From NCBI GenBank assembly GCA_963726455.1, contig CAVSCK010000004.1, forward strand, positions 1,024,001 to 1,088,000: DNA of 64,000 nt. Direction: 5' to 3'. The position numbers were made by a program, and so were the translations under genes. Below are positions 52,029 to 64,000 of the stretch, one piece after another (within the stretch, counting starts at the first letter, position 1; each line of letters opens with the position of its first letter). The notes under the pieces are model-generated. The model was not told the origin of the DNA and did no database searches. It saw only the letters and a list, made by a program, of their open reading frames with translations. The stretch is from an uncultured bacterium. GTDB taxonomy: Bacteria; Zixibacteria; MSB-5A5; CAIYYT01.

Positions 52029-54305
52029 ATGAGGAACATCCGTCAGGCAGTTCTGTTGTTGTCAGTCTTTTTGCTGATAGGCGGGGCAGTGTTCGCTCAG
52101 GACCCGGGTATTCCGGACACAGTTCGGCTCGCCCATGTTTCCACGAATGCCGGCCAACGCGTGGGCGTACCGGTCTACGTCATTAACGATGAAGATCTGG
52201 GCGGATATTCGCTCGGATTTATCTGGAACACGGGGGACATCAGCGTCGATTCCGTGTCGTACATTGGGACGCGTCTGTCACCCGATGTAAACAAGATGAA
52301 GACGATTAATAATCCGGCACACCGGATCCTGGTCGGCATGGCGGATTTTACGGCCGGCAATCCACTGACGCCCGGTAACGGCCTGGTATTTACGATGTGG
52401 TTCACTGTAGGCGTCGGGGTACCGGATCAGTTCGTGGACATCGATACGTCATTTTTCCCGCCGGCCGGAAAAGTGGTATTGTCTGCCACCAGCGGGGCCA
52501 GTATCACGCCCCAATATTCGATGGGACAAATCAAAATCGGCAATCCGCAACCACCGCCGGTGATCGTGTTGAGCGGAAGTCTCTTCACTTTTGACGCTCT
52601 GGTTGGTGGCGGTAATCCGACCTCGCAAGTTCAGCAAATAATCAACGGCGGTGGACAGAGTCTTAACTGGACGGCAACCAAGAATACCAGTTGGTTGAAT
52701 CTGTCGCCGATGTTCGGGACGGCACCTTCCGTAATGGTGGTAGCCGTCAACACAACGGGACTAGGAGGCGGTGTATACGTCGACACTGTGACGATTTCTG
52801 CGACGGGGGCGACAAATACTCCGCAGAAGTTCGCTGTGCAACTGACGATGACAATTCCGCCGCCAACGATAAAGCTTACACCGACGCAATTCAGTTTTGC
52901 GGCGCAACAGAATTCGACGAATCCGCCGGGGCAAAATCTGAACATTGCCAATATCGGCCAGGGCGTGCTCAACTGGACTGCGACGAAGAATGCGTCCTGG
53001 TTGACACTGTCGGGCTACAGCGGCACAGCGCCGTCCAATGTTACGGTCACGGTAGACAATACCGGACTGGTCGCAGGAGTATATGTCGATTCGATCGCGA
53101 TTGCCGATCCGACGGCCACCAATAGCCCGCAATATGCGCGCGTGACTTTCGAAGTGTTCTCAGAGTTCCCGGTGATATTGCCTGATCCGGACTCAATCTT
53201 TGCCGTCGGCAGCGACACCCAGAACCCCTATCCGCACATTTTGCTGATTAGGAACAACGGCAGCGGTGTGATGAATTGGCATGTCTCCAAAAAGTCAAGC
53301 TGGATGAGTTTCGACAAGGATTCCGGCTCGGCGACGCAGGCCGAACCGGGGGTGCTGACGCTCAATTTCGATCGCACACAGGTCTACTTCGGCCAGAGTC
53401 GCGATACGATCGTGATTACGTCGACCAACGCGATCAACTCGCCGCAGCGGGTTCCGGTTATATTCTGGAAAGCGGAAGTTCCGCAACAGCTCAATGTCAG
53501 CACTCATGCTCTCACCTTCTGGGAGTTCGAGTGCGGTAGCTATCCGGGCGTACAACCGCAAACTTTCAATGTTACGCCCAGCACGATATCGCCACCTTTG
53601 GCGTGGCATTCCACCCACAACGCAAGTTGGCTCACGGTGACTCCAACATCTGCCCCTAACGCCGCGGCGGTGACAGTGCGCGTGTCGGTGGCCGGGCTTA
53701 CACCGGGAGTTTACACCGATACGATAACGATTACATCGGCAGTGGTGATCAACCCACCGGAGAAAGTCGTCGTGACCTTCAATGTGAATCCGACTCCGGG
53801 GATAAAGAACCTGGCACTGACGCGCGATTCGCTGCTCTTTATTTACAAGTACACTCAAGTCGGATCGGCGGAGCAGGACGTAACGGTCTACAACTTCGCC
53901 GGCGGCTGTATCGACTGGCAAGCCACCGCGAATGTGCCGTGGGTGGAGGCGGTACCAAACTCGGGCACCACTACCGAGACAATTGTGGTTCGCGCCAACT
54001 CGGTTGGTGTGCCGTTGGGAAGGCATGAAGGCAAACTTATCTTCACTTCCAGCGTTGCCGCCAATTCACCAAAGAATCTGCCGGTTGTCCTCTGGATCTA
54101 CACGTTCGGGGATGCCAACGGCGACGGCTACATCGACATCAGCGACGTGGTCTACATCATGCAGTACATATTCTATGACGGTCCGGCGCCGGTTCCAGTG
54201 TTCTGGTCGGGAGATGTGGACTGCTCCAGAACGATTGACATAAGTGATTGCGTCTACCTTATTAACTACATTTTCGACCAAGGTGCACCGCCTTGTCTCT
54301 GGTAG
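52029..54305 (+). CDS. Secreted scaffold-like protein: cohesin-like domain + repeated BACON/Ig-like domains + dockerin
   Basis: PDTVRL...VGVPVYVINDEDLGGYSLGF...PGNGLVFTMWF; repeated LNWTATKN.SWL.LS...GTAPS units; GDANGDGYIDISDVVYIMQYIF. Confidence 0.82.
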   Translation: MRNIRQAVLLLSVFLLIGGAVFAQDPGIPDTVRLAHVSTNAGQRVGVPVYVINDEDLGGYSLGFIWNTGDISVDSVSYIGTRLSPDVNKMKTINNPAHRILVGMADFTAGNPLTPGNGLVFTMWFTVGVGVPDQFVDIDTSFFPPAGKVVLSATSGASITPQYSMGQIKIGNPQPPPVIVLSGSLFTFDALVGGGNPTSQVQQIINGGGQSLNWTATKNTSWLNLSPMFGTAPSVMVVAVNTTGLGGGVYVDTVTISATGATNTPQKFAVQLTMTIPPPTIKLTPTQFSFAAQQNSTNPPGQNLNIANIGQGVLNWTATKNASWLTLSGYSGTAPSNVTVTVDNTGLVAGVYVDSIAIADPTATNSPQYARVTFEVFSEFPVILPDPDSIFAVGSDTQNPYPHILLIRNNGSGVMNWHVSKKSSWMSFDKDSGSATQAEPGVLTLNFDRTQVYFGQSRDTIVITSTNAINSPQRVPVIFWKAEVPQQLNVSTHALTFWEFECGSYPGVQPQTFNVTPSTISPPLAWHSTHNASWLTVTPTSAPNAAAVTVRVSVAGLTPGVYTDTITITSAVVINPPEKVVVTFNVNPTPGIKNLALTRDSLLFIYKYTQVGSAEQDVTVYNFAGGCIDWQATANVPWVEAVPNSGTTTETIVVRANSVGVPLGRHEGKLIFTSSVAANSPKNLPVVLWIYTFGDANGDGYIDISDVVYIMQYIFYDGPAPVPVFWSGDVDCSRTIDISDCVYLINYIFDQGAPPCLW

Positions 54306-54329
54306 CAACAATACGCTCATGATCTTCGC

Positions 54330-54364
54330 AAGGGATCGCGCTACGGCGCGATCCCTTCTTTTTT
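54330..54364 (+). terminator. Rho-independent terminator
   Basis: aagggatcgcgc-tacg-gcgcgatccctt followed by a T-run. Confidence 0.85.
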
Positions 54365-54583
54365 GAAGGGGCGTCTGGGCATCACTCGAGCGGCTTGACT
54401 ATTTCGCGAAAGTCGTTATATTGCTTTGACAAGCGGAACTGAACGGTGTCCGCTACTGGTCTGATCTTGATACTTCTAACGCCTTGCAGCGTACGAGATA
54501 GTGACAATACGTACCATTCCAGTCAGGCCGTCAGGCCCTTTCGACTTCCTTCCCGAAGAACCGAGCATCTATAGGAGGAACGT

Positions 54584-56840
54584 GTGCTTCATTGGTTAAC
54601 TTCTTGGAAATCATCCGGACTATCAGTGGCAATGCGAGCGGCCTTGTTATGTCTAATTCCCTTTTCGCTTGCCGTCTCCGCGGATTACCAAAGAATCCCG
54701 ATTGAACAGGCCATTCGCGAGTCCAAAGAGTCTCATCAACTCGAACAGCAGATGAAAGCGCGCCAACTGCAGAAGCAGCGCGGACTTCAACAGACGTTAG
54801 GCACCATGGGAGCGCTGCCGTCTCAATACCTTTACGACGTGAAATATTATCGCATGGAAATGAGAGTCAATGTTGCCGCGGAGACGATCTACGCGCGCGT
54901 CGACCAGATGTCAATGGCGACGCAGGACAACGTTACTTACTGCGACATCGACCTTTACTCCAATATGGCAATAGACTCCGTTCGAGTGGACGATGCGACG
55001 GCCACGTACACTCGCAACGGTAATGTCTACCGCGTGAATCTGCCGAGTCCGGTCAATACCGGCCAGATGTTCACCGTGCGTACCTGGTATCGCGGCCATC
55101 CGGTCGAGGGCGGGTTCCAGGCGATGAGTTTCGAACTTGTCGATGGACAGCCGCTGGTATCGACTCTGTCCGAACCATACCTGGCGCGCACCTGGTGGCC
55201 CTGCAAGGACTATCCGGAGGACAAGGCGGATTCAGTTGACATCATCGTTACCAATCCGGTCGACATGTTTTGCACTTCGAACGGCAAGATGACGAACAAT
55301 GTCGACAACGGCAACGGCACTCGTACGACCACGTGGAAAATTCGTTACCCGATCACGACCTATCTCATAAGTCTGACGATTTCTGATTTTTCTCACTGGC
55401 GCGATTGGATGAAGTACTCACCATCCGACTCGATGCCGGTGGACTTCTGGGTTTTCCCGGCCGATTCGGTCGGCGCTTCGTCAGGATATGCGGTAACGGT
55501 GCCGATGCTGGACACCCTGTCGCGGTTGTTCGGGCTGTATCCGTTTATCAACGAGAAATACGCCATGACGGAATTTACCTGGGGCGGCGCAATGGAGCAT
55601 CAGACGAACACTTCGATTATCAGGGATTACTATGCCCAATCGATAATCGTCCATGAAATGGGACATCAGTGGTGGGGCGATATGATCACCTGCCGCGACT
55701 GGCACCATATCTGGATGAACGAAGGATTTGCCAGCTATGTCGAAGCGCTGTGGTTCGAGACATCAGGAGGAGCCACCGCTCTTCACGATTACATGTACAG
55801 TATGCGCTATCTGTCAGGCGGATCGGTTTACTGCGTCGACACCACCAACGTCTGGGCGATATTCGACAGCAGAGTGTACGACAAGGGTGCGTGGGTGCTG
55901 CACACGCTGCGGCACGTCGTAGGCGATCAGACCTTCTTCAATATTCTCCGCGCCTATTACGCCGACCCGCGCTACAAGTGGAAAGATGTTTCGACCGAAG
56001 ACTTCCGCGATCTTTGTGAGCAGGTGTCCGGTATGGATTTGCACGCGTTCTTCCAGGATTGGGTCTATGGCACATATTATCCGAGGTACGCGTACTCCTT
56101 CACGTCCGAACAGCTTGGCACCGGGTCCTATCGCGTATATGTTCACGTCCGGCAAACGCAGGCCACTCTTCCGCAGGTGTTCCACATGCCCAAGATTGAC
56201 CTGTCGATATACAACGGCGGTTATATAGATTTCCACGTGCCGATGATGGACCGGGAGAAGGATTACGTTATCGATCTGACAAACGCGCTGGCGGCGCCGA
56301 CAGCAATTGCGGTTGACCGCAATGATTGGATCATCAAGACGGCAACGTCGGAGGCCTACGGCTTGCACGTGATCTATGACACTTTGAAGTCCGGCGTGCA
56401 GTTCTACCCCCTATCTCGATTCGGTCATTGTGCGTGGCGGCACCAAGCCGTATACGTTCACCGTGACAAGCGGCAGCTTGCCGGCCGGGCTCGCGCTCGG
56501 GTCAACCACCGGATTTTTGACCGGCACGCCGGTTGACACCGGTACTGCGACTTTCACAGTAACAGTCACCGGAACGGGCGCAGGCGGGGGTTCAGATTCG
56601 AAGCAAATAACCACGCATTTTACTCCTGGAGCATACGTGGCCGGTGATGCCAACGGTGATGGCGCCGTCGATATATCCGATGCCGTCTTTCTAATAGAAT
56701 ACATCTTTGCGGGCGGCCCGGCACCGACACCAACCGGTGCGGGAGACGCAAACCATGATTGCTCGGTTGATATCAGTGACGCCGTGTATTTGATCAGTTA
56801 TATCTTTGGCGGCGGACCGGCTCCCCTGCCCGGCTGTTAG
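54584..56840 (+). CDS. M1-family zinc aminopeptidase with Ig (He_PIG-like) and dockerin domains (frameshift at C-run ~56410)
   Basis: [14 protein letters not shown]...[16 protein letters not shown]; [10 protein letters not shown]...GTP; [22 protein letters not shown]. Confidence 0.9.
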
Positions 56841-56885
56841 CTGAACTGGCTCTGAAGCCATCTTACCAGGAAACGCCACTATATT

Positions 56886-56916
56886 GGGGCGGACCTCGAG
56901 TCCGCCCCTTTCTTTT
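56886..56916 (+). terminator. Rho-independent terminator
   Basis: ggggcggac-ctcga-gtccgcccc-tttctttt. Confidence 0.85.
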
Positions 56917-57030
56917 GTGCAGGCGCGCTGATTGCCGTCTTTGGGCCGAATTTGGGCCAAATTCAAAAATTGCTTGCCGGAGATTCAAACTTTAACTTTA
57001 ATCTTAGCAGCTAACCTTAGGAAGAGGGCG

Positions 57031-57183
57031 ATGTTCGTAGCATTCTTTTTGGTGGCACTGGGAGTATTATTTCTCCTGAAAAATTTGGACGTGATACAGG
57101 GCGATGTTTGGGACATATTGTGGCCGCTCTTGATCATCGCGTTCGGAGCATCGTTGATTTTCAAGAGACGGCACCGCTGTTGA
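57031..57183 (+). CDS. Small membrane protein (LiaF/DUF5668-like TM hairpin)
   Basis: LGVLFLLKNL...WDILWPLLIIAFG. Confidence 0.7.
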   Translation: MFVAFFLVALGVLFLLKNLDVIQGDVWDILWPLLIIAFGASLIFKRRHRC

Positions 57184-57339
57184 GGATAGCGGTGCGACCA
57201 GTGATTTGATATTACTTCGCAGTGTGTGTTTCGGCGGCAGTCGCTGAGAGTACTTCTATAACAGGCAGGATATCCGCCAGGAATTCATGCTGTTAGACTT
57301 CGTTAACCGGTCGGTACAGAAGGCAGAATAGAGTAATCT

Positions 57340-60040
57340 ATGGGCGCTCAAGTTTATGGTTTGATCATTGCCGCAGTCGCCGGCGGATTGATGCCGGTGG
57401 TGGCGAATTTGCGCAGGCAGTTATTCAGTGTGAGTCCGTTCGGGTGGGGAAAGTTGTATGGTGGGTTGGCCGGTTTTGTGATTGCGGGCCTGTTGTTTGC
57501 GTTTCGATCGACCACAGCGCTGGTAGGTCTGTTTGTTCCGGCGGTCGGCGACTGGCTGAGCGCGATTGCATATTTGATAGTGGCGGGTGGATTGGTGATG
57601 TTGATGTGGGGCATTGGTACAATCGTGTCTTCCGTCAAGCAGATTGAATATCAGAAGAGCGACGACGAAGAATGGCGCAATCTATACTTACAGTTGCAGG
57701 ATCTCTCGCAGCAACCATACTCATTCGTCGAGATACTGAATCTGGCCTTGAATCAACTCCTGAAACGCGCCGAGGCGGATGGCGCCGCGGTCATGCTGTT
57801 CAAAGAGAATTCGACTGAGTTGATATTGGCGTCTTTCTCGAACCTTTCACCTGATACCACCAAAAAGTTCGAACTGCTGAAGGTTTCGGGCGATATCTTC
57901 GGCCGAGCGCAAAAACTGGGACGCATCCAGACAGTGGCGAACCTGTCCGAGGGCGATCGTGCCACGGTGCAATTGTTCGAAGGTTCGGGATTCATGTCGG
58001 CATCGGTGTTCCCGTTGCGTTCACGGGACAAAATACTGGGATCGATAGGCCTGTTCTCGGCGCGTCCGTTCTTCTTTTCGCCGACACGGAATGAAGCGAT
58101 TGCCGTTGCCACGAATCATCTGGCGACCTTGTTGGAAGCCGTTCGCAATGACAAGGAAATCACGCGGCTCAAGGATCGGCTGAAACCCTCAGAGGAAGCC
58201 AAACGCATTGTCGAGGAATTGTTCTTCCGTCGTGGTATGGGCGGCAATCTCGAATTGCGGGAAGCGCTGGAATTCGAGCGCGTGCGGCGCTTTTTCGACG
58301 CCGATTCGATCAAGCTTGTTTTTCGCGACAACGACGGCGAATATCGCATCAAGGCGTCATCCGGTGGCGCCGAAACCGGCCTATTGCTCGATCGTCGCAA
58401 ACTGACGGGTATGAACCGCGCTGTCTCCGAGAAGAAACTGTTGCTGTTGACATCCCCTGCTTCATCCCCGGCTGGAAACGGATACGATTCCATGCCGCGC
58501 CAGACGCTGTTTATTCCGGTCCCCTATCCGGATCGCGATGATCTGGTGCTGCTATTGGAAAGCGAAACCGCGGGTCTGGAATTTTCCGAGGAGAAATTGT
58601 CGGCGGTACGGGTGGCATCAGTCTATCTGGCTGACCTGCACTTCTTGTTTATAGCGAAGAGGGACGGCGACCGCTTCCGCACCTCGCTGGCCCAACTCGA
58701 TGAAGCAATCGCCCGCATCATGCACGCCACATCGCGCAGTCAACTGGCGGCGGCCTTGGGTGAGGCCTGCGCGACTGTGCTTCCGGCCAGCAAGGGGCGA
58801 CTGGTTATTCTTGCGGCCGCCGAAGGTGACGACGATTTGTTGATTGCCGATGCATCCGGATTGACTGTGTCGGACGAGATGGACTGGATTCGTTATAATC
58901 GTTTCCTAAAAGCCATGCAAAGCATCCTGGTCGAGAGCGGTACCGGAGAAAGACGCGTCGATAAGTCAGCGCTCGCGAACGGCATTCCGCAGGATTTGCG
59001 GGAGCGCTTCGAAAAATACAGTGCGAATCTGCCCCAGGTGATGATGCAGCAAGTGATTCCGATTGAATATGGCGATCGCCAATACGGAGTAGTCGGCTTG
59101 TATTTCTCGGAAAATGAACCGGCTCCGCGCGAAACGTTGGCGCTGTTCCGCCGCCTGGTGCACTTGACGTCACTGGAACTGTACGCTACGGGACGCCTGT
59201 CGACCAGCGATCGCGACGTCAGAGGCACGGTAGCTCCTGTCGAAACGGTAACGACGCCGGAAAATGGTAATAGCCCTGAAGAGGGGAATAACTCGACCGG
59301 CTGGGAGGCAATCGATACCAATCTGGTGTTGGATCAGATGCCGATTAGCGAGCGTAGCACGCTGACGACTACTGTTGAGATGCTGGTTATGCGCCTGTTC
59401 CAATCGTATCCAAAAGAGAAACTATATCTATCTACCTTCAGCGACGAGGGTCTTTCGATATTACCAGATTTCGCTGGACCGCACGGAGAGTGTGCGTTTC
59501 CGGGAAGGCATTGTTGAAAGCGATGAGTGGAGCGTTTGCGCGGCAGCGACGGCGATGCCGGACGGATTCAGGTCGCTATCGGGTGAATATCAGAACCGGA
59601 TTGCGGATGGGAAATTGCTCAGTGTCACCTGGCGCCTGCCGGCGGAGGAAAAGCCGAAGGATCGTACGCGCCGAATCAACGTGCTGGGCATAGATGACCA
59701 GGAGGTCATTCGCGACCTGCTGCAAAACATCATCAGCAGAATGGGACATAGAATCGTGACCGCCACCAACGGTTACGAGGCGCTCAAGCTCTTCAAACAG
59801 GAAACGTTCGACGTCGTGATAGTCGAATCCGGCCTGCCCGGCATTGATGGCTGGGACATTGCTGCGCAAGTAAAAGCGTTGTCTCCGGCGACACCGGTGA
59901 TCATGCTTTCCGGCTGGGGTCCCTTCTCGGATCGCGAAAGTGTTCTGCAACGAAACGCCGATTTCGTGCTGACTAAGCCCTTCAAAATGGATCAGTTGGG
60001 TGAGGTGATCTCGGCGGCGTGCCAGATGATTGCTAGCTGA
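57340..60040 (+). CDS. Membrane-anchored GAF-domain signalling protein with C-terminal receiver domain (frameshift ~59480)
   Basis: N-terminal TM helices, FPLRSRDKILGSIGL GAF motif; IDDQEVIRDLL...LTKPF in the next frame. Confidence 0.75.
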
Positions 60041-60114
60041 AGAACCTGCTTTAGAATCCCTTCGTTTCTTCCGATACCTCTAATAATTGAAGTATCTCCT
60101 TTCCGACGGATAGT

Positions 60115-61416
60115 ATGGAAAAGATTCGCCTGCTTGAAAACATCGACGCCCTCAAGGATCTGCTTTCCCTGCCGGATACGCTGGTAAAAATTCTGGAAGT
60201 CGTCTCCAATGATGAGACTTCTCCCGAGCAGATAGCCACCATCATTCTCAGAGATCCATCGTTGACGGCGAGAACGTTGCGCATGGCAAATTCCAGCTAC
60301 TATCGCCGGGCTGCCGCGATCAAGACGGTCCATCAGGCAGTGATGGTCCTGGGCGCCAACGCGGTGAAATGCATTGCATTGTCGGTCAGCGTATTTACGC
60401 CGCCGAAAGGCAAAGCGGCCGAGTTGGAGATGTTCCGCCAATTCTACTTCCATTCGTTGGGCGTAGGTATTCTGGCGCGTGCCATCGCCGAAAAGACCGG
60501 AAACCAGAATGCCGAAGAGGCGTTCATCGCCGGCCTGCTTCACGATCTCGGCAAGTTGCACATCATGCAACGGTACCCGCAGATTTGTCTGGAAATGAAG
60601 CCGATGCTCGAAAGAGGCGATGATATTATCGAGGTCGAACGGAGATTTTTCGATGTCGATCACGCCGAATTGGGAAGTATAATTGCCAATCGCTGGCGCC
60701 TGCCCGAAGGCCTGCAGCGTTCGATTCGCGGACACCATCATATTAACGACATCAAGTCCGACCATTTGACCAATATCGTCATGTTGGCCAATCTCATGGC
60801 GGTCATAATCCAGACGCCAAACTTGAAAATGATGGAGCGATATGCCGGTATCACTGCGCGACTGGCGGAGACACTGGCACTGGACCGGGAGACTCTGGAC
60901 TGCCTGACATTCCTGCTGCTCGAGGAGACCATCCGCGCTGCTTCGAATATCGGCCTCGACATCGGCGAGACCAATGAGTTGTTGAACCGCGCCAATCGTG
61001 AAATCTGCAAAGCGTACCTGCTGATCGAGGGATTGTTCCGGGAACGCCAGGAACTCTCCGGAAAGTTGCTAGCTGAGGAGCGGATGGCGGGAATGATGCG
61101 CTCCAAAAACATCGCTATTGCCACGCTCTCCCACTATCTCAACAATGTTGCCACGGCGATTTCCGGCCGCGTACAGTTGATGCAGATGTCGCTGGAAAAG
61201 AAGGAAATCGTTGACACCTCAGATAAGTTTTCGGGTTCCCTTAAGGTAATCGAAAGCTCGATTCTCAAGCTGTTGGCGGTGCTGGCCGAACTGAAATCTT
61301 TGTCACGCTTCGACGATCAAAGCTTCTACAACGACTCCGACGCGCTAAACATTGACGAGCGCATCAAGGTGCGGATGCAGTCAATCGATCAGGGCATGGC
61401 AAAAACCACCCAATAG
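60115..61416 (+). CDS. HDOD-domain signalling protein
   Basis: DPSLTARTLRMANS, AGLLHDLGK, DHAELG...W.LP. Confidence 0.9.
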   Translation: MEKIRLLENIDALKDLLSLPDTLVKILEVVSNDETSPEQIATIILRDPSLTARTLRMANSSYYRRAAAIKTVHQAVMVLGANAVKCIALSVSVFTPPKGKAAELEMFRQFYFHSLGVGILARAIAEKTGNQNAEEAFIAGLLHDLGKLHIMQRYPQICLEMKPMLERGDDIIEVERRFFDVDHAELGSIIANRWRLPEGLQRSIRGHHHINDIKSDHLTNIVMLANLMAVIIQTPNLKMMERYAGITARLAETLALDRETLDCLTFLLLEETIRAASNIGLDIGETNELLNRANREICKAYLLIEGLFRERQELSGKLLAEERMAGMMRSKNIAIATLSHYLNNVATAISGRVQLMQMSLEKKEIVDTSDKFSGSLKVIESSILKLLAVLAELKSLSRFDDQSFYNDSDALNIDERIKVRMQSIDQGMAKTTQ

Positions 61417-61498
61417 ATATTTCACTGAAACTATTTCCTTCACGTATAAATAAGCATACTTTCGGGGCGGGCTTATAACGAAAGGACCCCTATCGGTC

Positions 61499-62463
61499 AT
61501 GTTGAAATCGACTATTTCAGGAAACTATCCCAAATTGCCTACGCAAAGGGGAGACGTTAACATTCGCCGCGTTTTGCATCGTTTCGACCAGGGCGAAATC
61601 GATCAGAAGGAAGTCGAGAACGCCTACGAAAAGGTCACCGCGCGCGTTGTCAACGAACAAATTGAGGCAGGAATTGATCTCCCCACTGACGGTCAAATCC
61701 GTTGGGACGACATTGTCACGCCGTTTGCGGGCAAAGTCGGCGGCTTCGAGATCAACGGCCTGATCCGGTGGTTCGACAATAACGTGTACTACCGCAAGCC
61801 GGTAATCGTTGACGACATCAAATGGCGGGAGCCGGTCGCGGCACCGGCATACAAGCAGGCAGCGTCTCTGACGGCCAAGCCACTTAAGGCCGTACTGCCG
61901 GGACCGTACAGCTTCGTGATGTTGTCGGAAAATAAGCATTACGCGAAGCGGGAGACTTTACTGAAAGACATGGCGACAATGTTGCGGGAAGAGGTCAATG
62001 CCCTGATTCAAGCGGGCTGTCGCCAGATCCAGTTCGATGAACCCTGCCTGGCTGATCATCCCGAAGATTGTGCAATGGCGGCAGATGCGGTAAACGGTAT
62101 GATAAAAGACTTTCCCGGCCTGTTTTGGATCAATTTCTATTTCCAAAGCATCGATAAGATAGCAAAAGAGCTGGAGCGGTTCAAAGTCAACGTGCTCTCA
62201 GTCGATTGCGTGTCGGCGCCGGGCAACTTTGAGATACTGCTTCAGTATGCCAGTCACGTACTCCCTGTTTTGGATTATTCGACGCGCGAAATATCAAGCT
62301 TGAAGACGAGAATGGCTTGCGCCGTATGTACGGCAGGATTGCCGAGCGCTATCCCGATGCTTACGTCAGTTCCTCGTGCGGACTGGAGTTTTTGCCGCAC
62401 GTAAATGCGTTGGAAAAGGTGAGACTATTGGGCCGCACAGTCAGGGAATTCCGTGGAGAGTAA
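61499..62463 (+). CDS. MetE N-terminal-half-like protein (split cobalamin-independent methionine synthase), frameshifted ~62260
   Basis: TDGQIRWDD, RWFDNNVYYRKP, LPGPYSF, IQFDEP; the other frame gives GLFDARNIKLE...SSCGLEFLP. Confidence 0.75.
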
Positions 62464-62467
62464 GATC

Positions 62468-63434
62468 ATGTTGCCTACCACAACCGTGGGAAGTTTTCCC
62501 AAACCGGATTATTTGCAGAAGGCGCGAACGCAGTTTTCAGCCGGCAAACTGACTGAGGCGGACTTACGAGCGCTGGAATTGCAGGCGACCCGCGAAGTTG
62601 TGAGGCAACAGGAAGAAGTCGGGCTGGACATACTCGTTCACGGTGAGATGGAACGCGGCGACATGACGACCTACTTCGCGGAGAAGTTGGTAGGCATGGG
62701 AATCAGCGACCTCGTGAGATCATACGGCAACCGGTATTATCGCAAGCCGATCGTTGAGGGCGCGCTGCAACGTCCGGCGCCTATGACCGTGGAGAGTGTT
62801 CAACTATACGCAGTCATTGACATCCAAGCCCGTCAAAGGCATGCTCACCGGTCCGTACACCATGTGCGACTGGTCGTTCAACACCTACTACGAGACGAGG
62901 CGCGAAGTCGTGCTGGCGTTCGCAAGATTGTTGCATGACGAGGTTGCCGACCTGGAGAAGGCGGGAGCAAAGTATATACAGATCGACGAACCGGCAATTT
63001 CGACACGTCCGGAGGAGCTTGATCTGGCTATCGAAGCGATGGGAATAGTGACCAACGGCATCAGGGCGAAGACGATTTCGCATATCTGCTATGGAGATTT
63101 CAAGACGATCTATCCGCACATTCTCGACTTACCGGTCGATCAGCTTGATCTGGAGTTTGCCAATTCGGGATATTCCAACCTCGACATCTTCCGCAAGCCG
63201 AAATTCCGTAAAGAGATCGCGTTTGGTGTGCTCGACATTCACAGCCATCGGGTCGAAAGCGTCGACGAAATCGTGGCGGGTATTCGCAAGGGGCTGGATG
63301 TATTTGATGCGGACAAGATGACTATTGATCCTGATTGCGGCCTCAAAACACGCACCACTGAAGAAGCATTCGCTAAATTGCGCAATATGATAGCCGCCGT
63401 TCGACAGGTAAAGGCGGAACTGAATTTTAGCTGA
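62468..63434 (+). CDS. MetE C-terminal catalytic-half methionine synthase, frameshifted ~62797
   Basis: TTTVGSFPKP, LVHGEMERGDM, KGMLTGPYT, IQIDEPA, HICYG, DPDCGLKTR Zn ligands. Confidence 0.88.
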
Positions 63435-63443
63435 TCGCCGATT

Positions 63444-64000
63444 ATGAATCCATTCATCGCGAGAATCAGGGAGGGTCCGCTTTTGGGCGACGGCGCCATG
63501 GGCACTTACCTGTACGCCAAGGGCGCATCTGCAACACGCTGCTTTGACGAACTCAACATCACAAATCCGCAATTGGTTGGGCAGGTTCACGATGATTATA
63601 TCGCCGCCGGCAGTGAACTGGTCGAAACCAACACCTACGGCGCCAATCGGCAGAAACTCGCGCAGCACGGCTTGGCATCGTTTGCGCGCGATATAAACCT
63701 GAAGGGGGCGAAGATCGCCCGCGATCGTCGCGAGGCGTCCGGCAAGGACATCTACATAGCCGGATCGATTGGACCAATCGGCAAACGCGTTGGTCACCAC
63801 AGCGGCATAACCAAAGCCGATGCGCGCAGTGCATTTGCCGAACAGGCCGAAGCGCTCTTGGAAGGCGGTGTCGATCTGTTCATGGTGGAAACCATTGCCG
63901 ATGTGGAAGAGTTGCGAATCGCCGTCGAGGAAATCCGCAGGATTTGCAGTCTACCGGTCGTCGCGCAGTTGACGATTACAGATGACCTGACTACGATCAA
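63444..64000 (+). CDS. Homocysteine S-methyltransferase-domain protein (MetH N-terminal or YitJ-type), 3'-truncated
   Basis: Manual translation MNPFIARIREGPLLGDGAMGT...HDDYIAAGSELVETNTYGAN...IAGSIGP. Confidence 0.85.
   Translation, partial: MNPFIARIREGPLLGDGAMGTYLYAKGASATRCFDELNITNPQLVGQVHDDYIAAGSELVETNTYGANRQKLAQHGLASFARDINLKGAKIARDRREASGKDIYIAGSIGPIGKRVGHHSGITKADARSAFAEQAEALLEGGVDLFMVETIADVEELRIAVEEIRRICSLPVVAQLTITDDLTTI

Overview
Bacterial chromosomal window, most likely from an FCB-group lineage such as candidate phylum Zixibacteria. This is inferred from the recurrent C-terminal dockerin motif GDANxDGxxDISDAVxLIxYIFxGG and a FlgD/T9SS-like QNYPNPFNP C-terminal domain. The backbone carries two-component and sigma-54 regulators, rpsU-yqeY, PFOR (nifJ), dcd, an Rrf2 regulator, cobO, trxB, hypAB, an archaeal-type gatDE pair, a split MetE-like pair and five secreted dockerin proteins. 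The main result is a ~14.3 kb element (15930-30261) integrated at the 3' end of tRNA-Thr(UGU) and bounded by an 18-bp direct repeat. It looks like a phage satellite. It encodes a large serine integrase whose own 3' end contains the att site, a second (tyrosine) recombinase, a CHC2 zinc-finger + DUF3987 replication module with an iteron-like region, and a terminase small subunit-like gene. It also has a tail-assembly-chaperone-like and tape-measure-like pair but no recognisable capsid, portal, TerL or tail-tube gene. Its main operon follows a sigma-54 (-24/-12) promoter and an IHF-like site, divergent from an element-encoded enhancer-binding protein with no receiver domain. A second candidate novelty is a possible sigma-54-dependent small RNA next to an FG-GAP sensor kinase/NtrC pair. 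Many conserved genes carry single-base frameshifts, probably assembly indels, so split ORFs should be treated cautiously. All family assignments come from motif recognition, not database searches.
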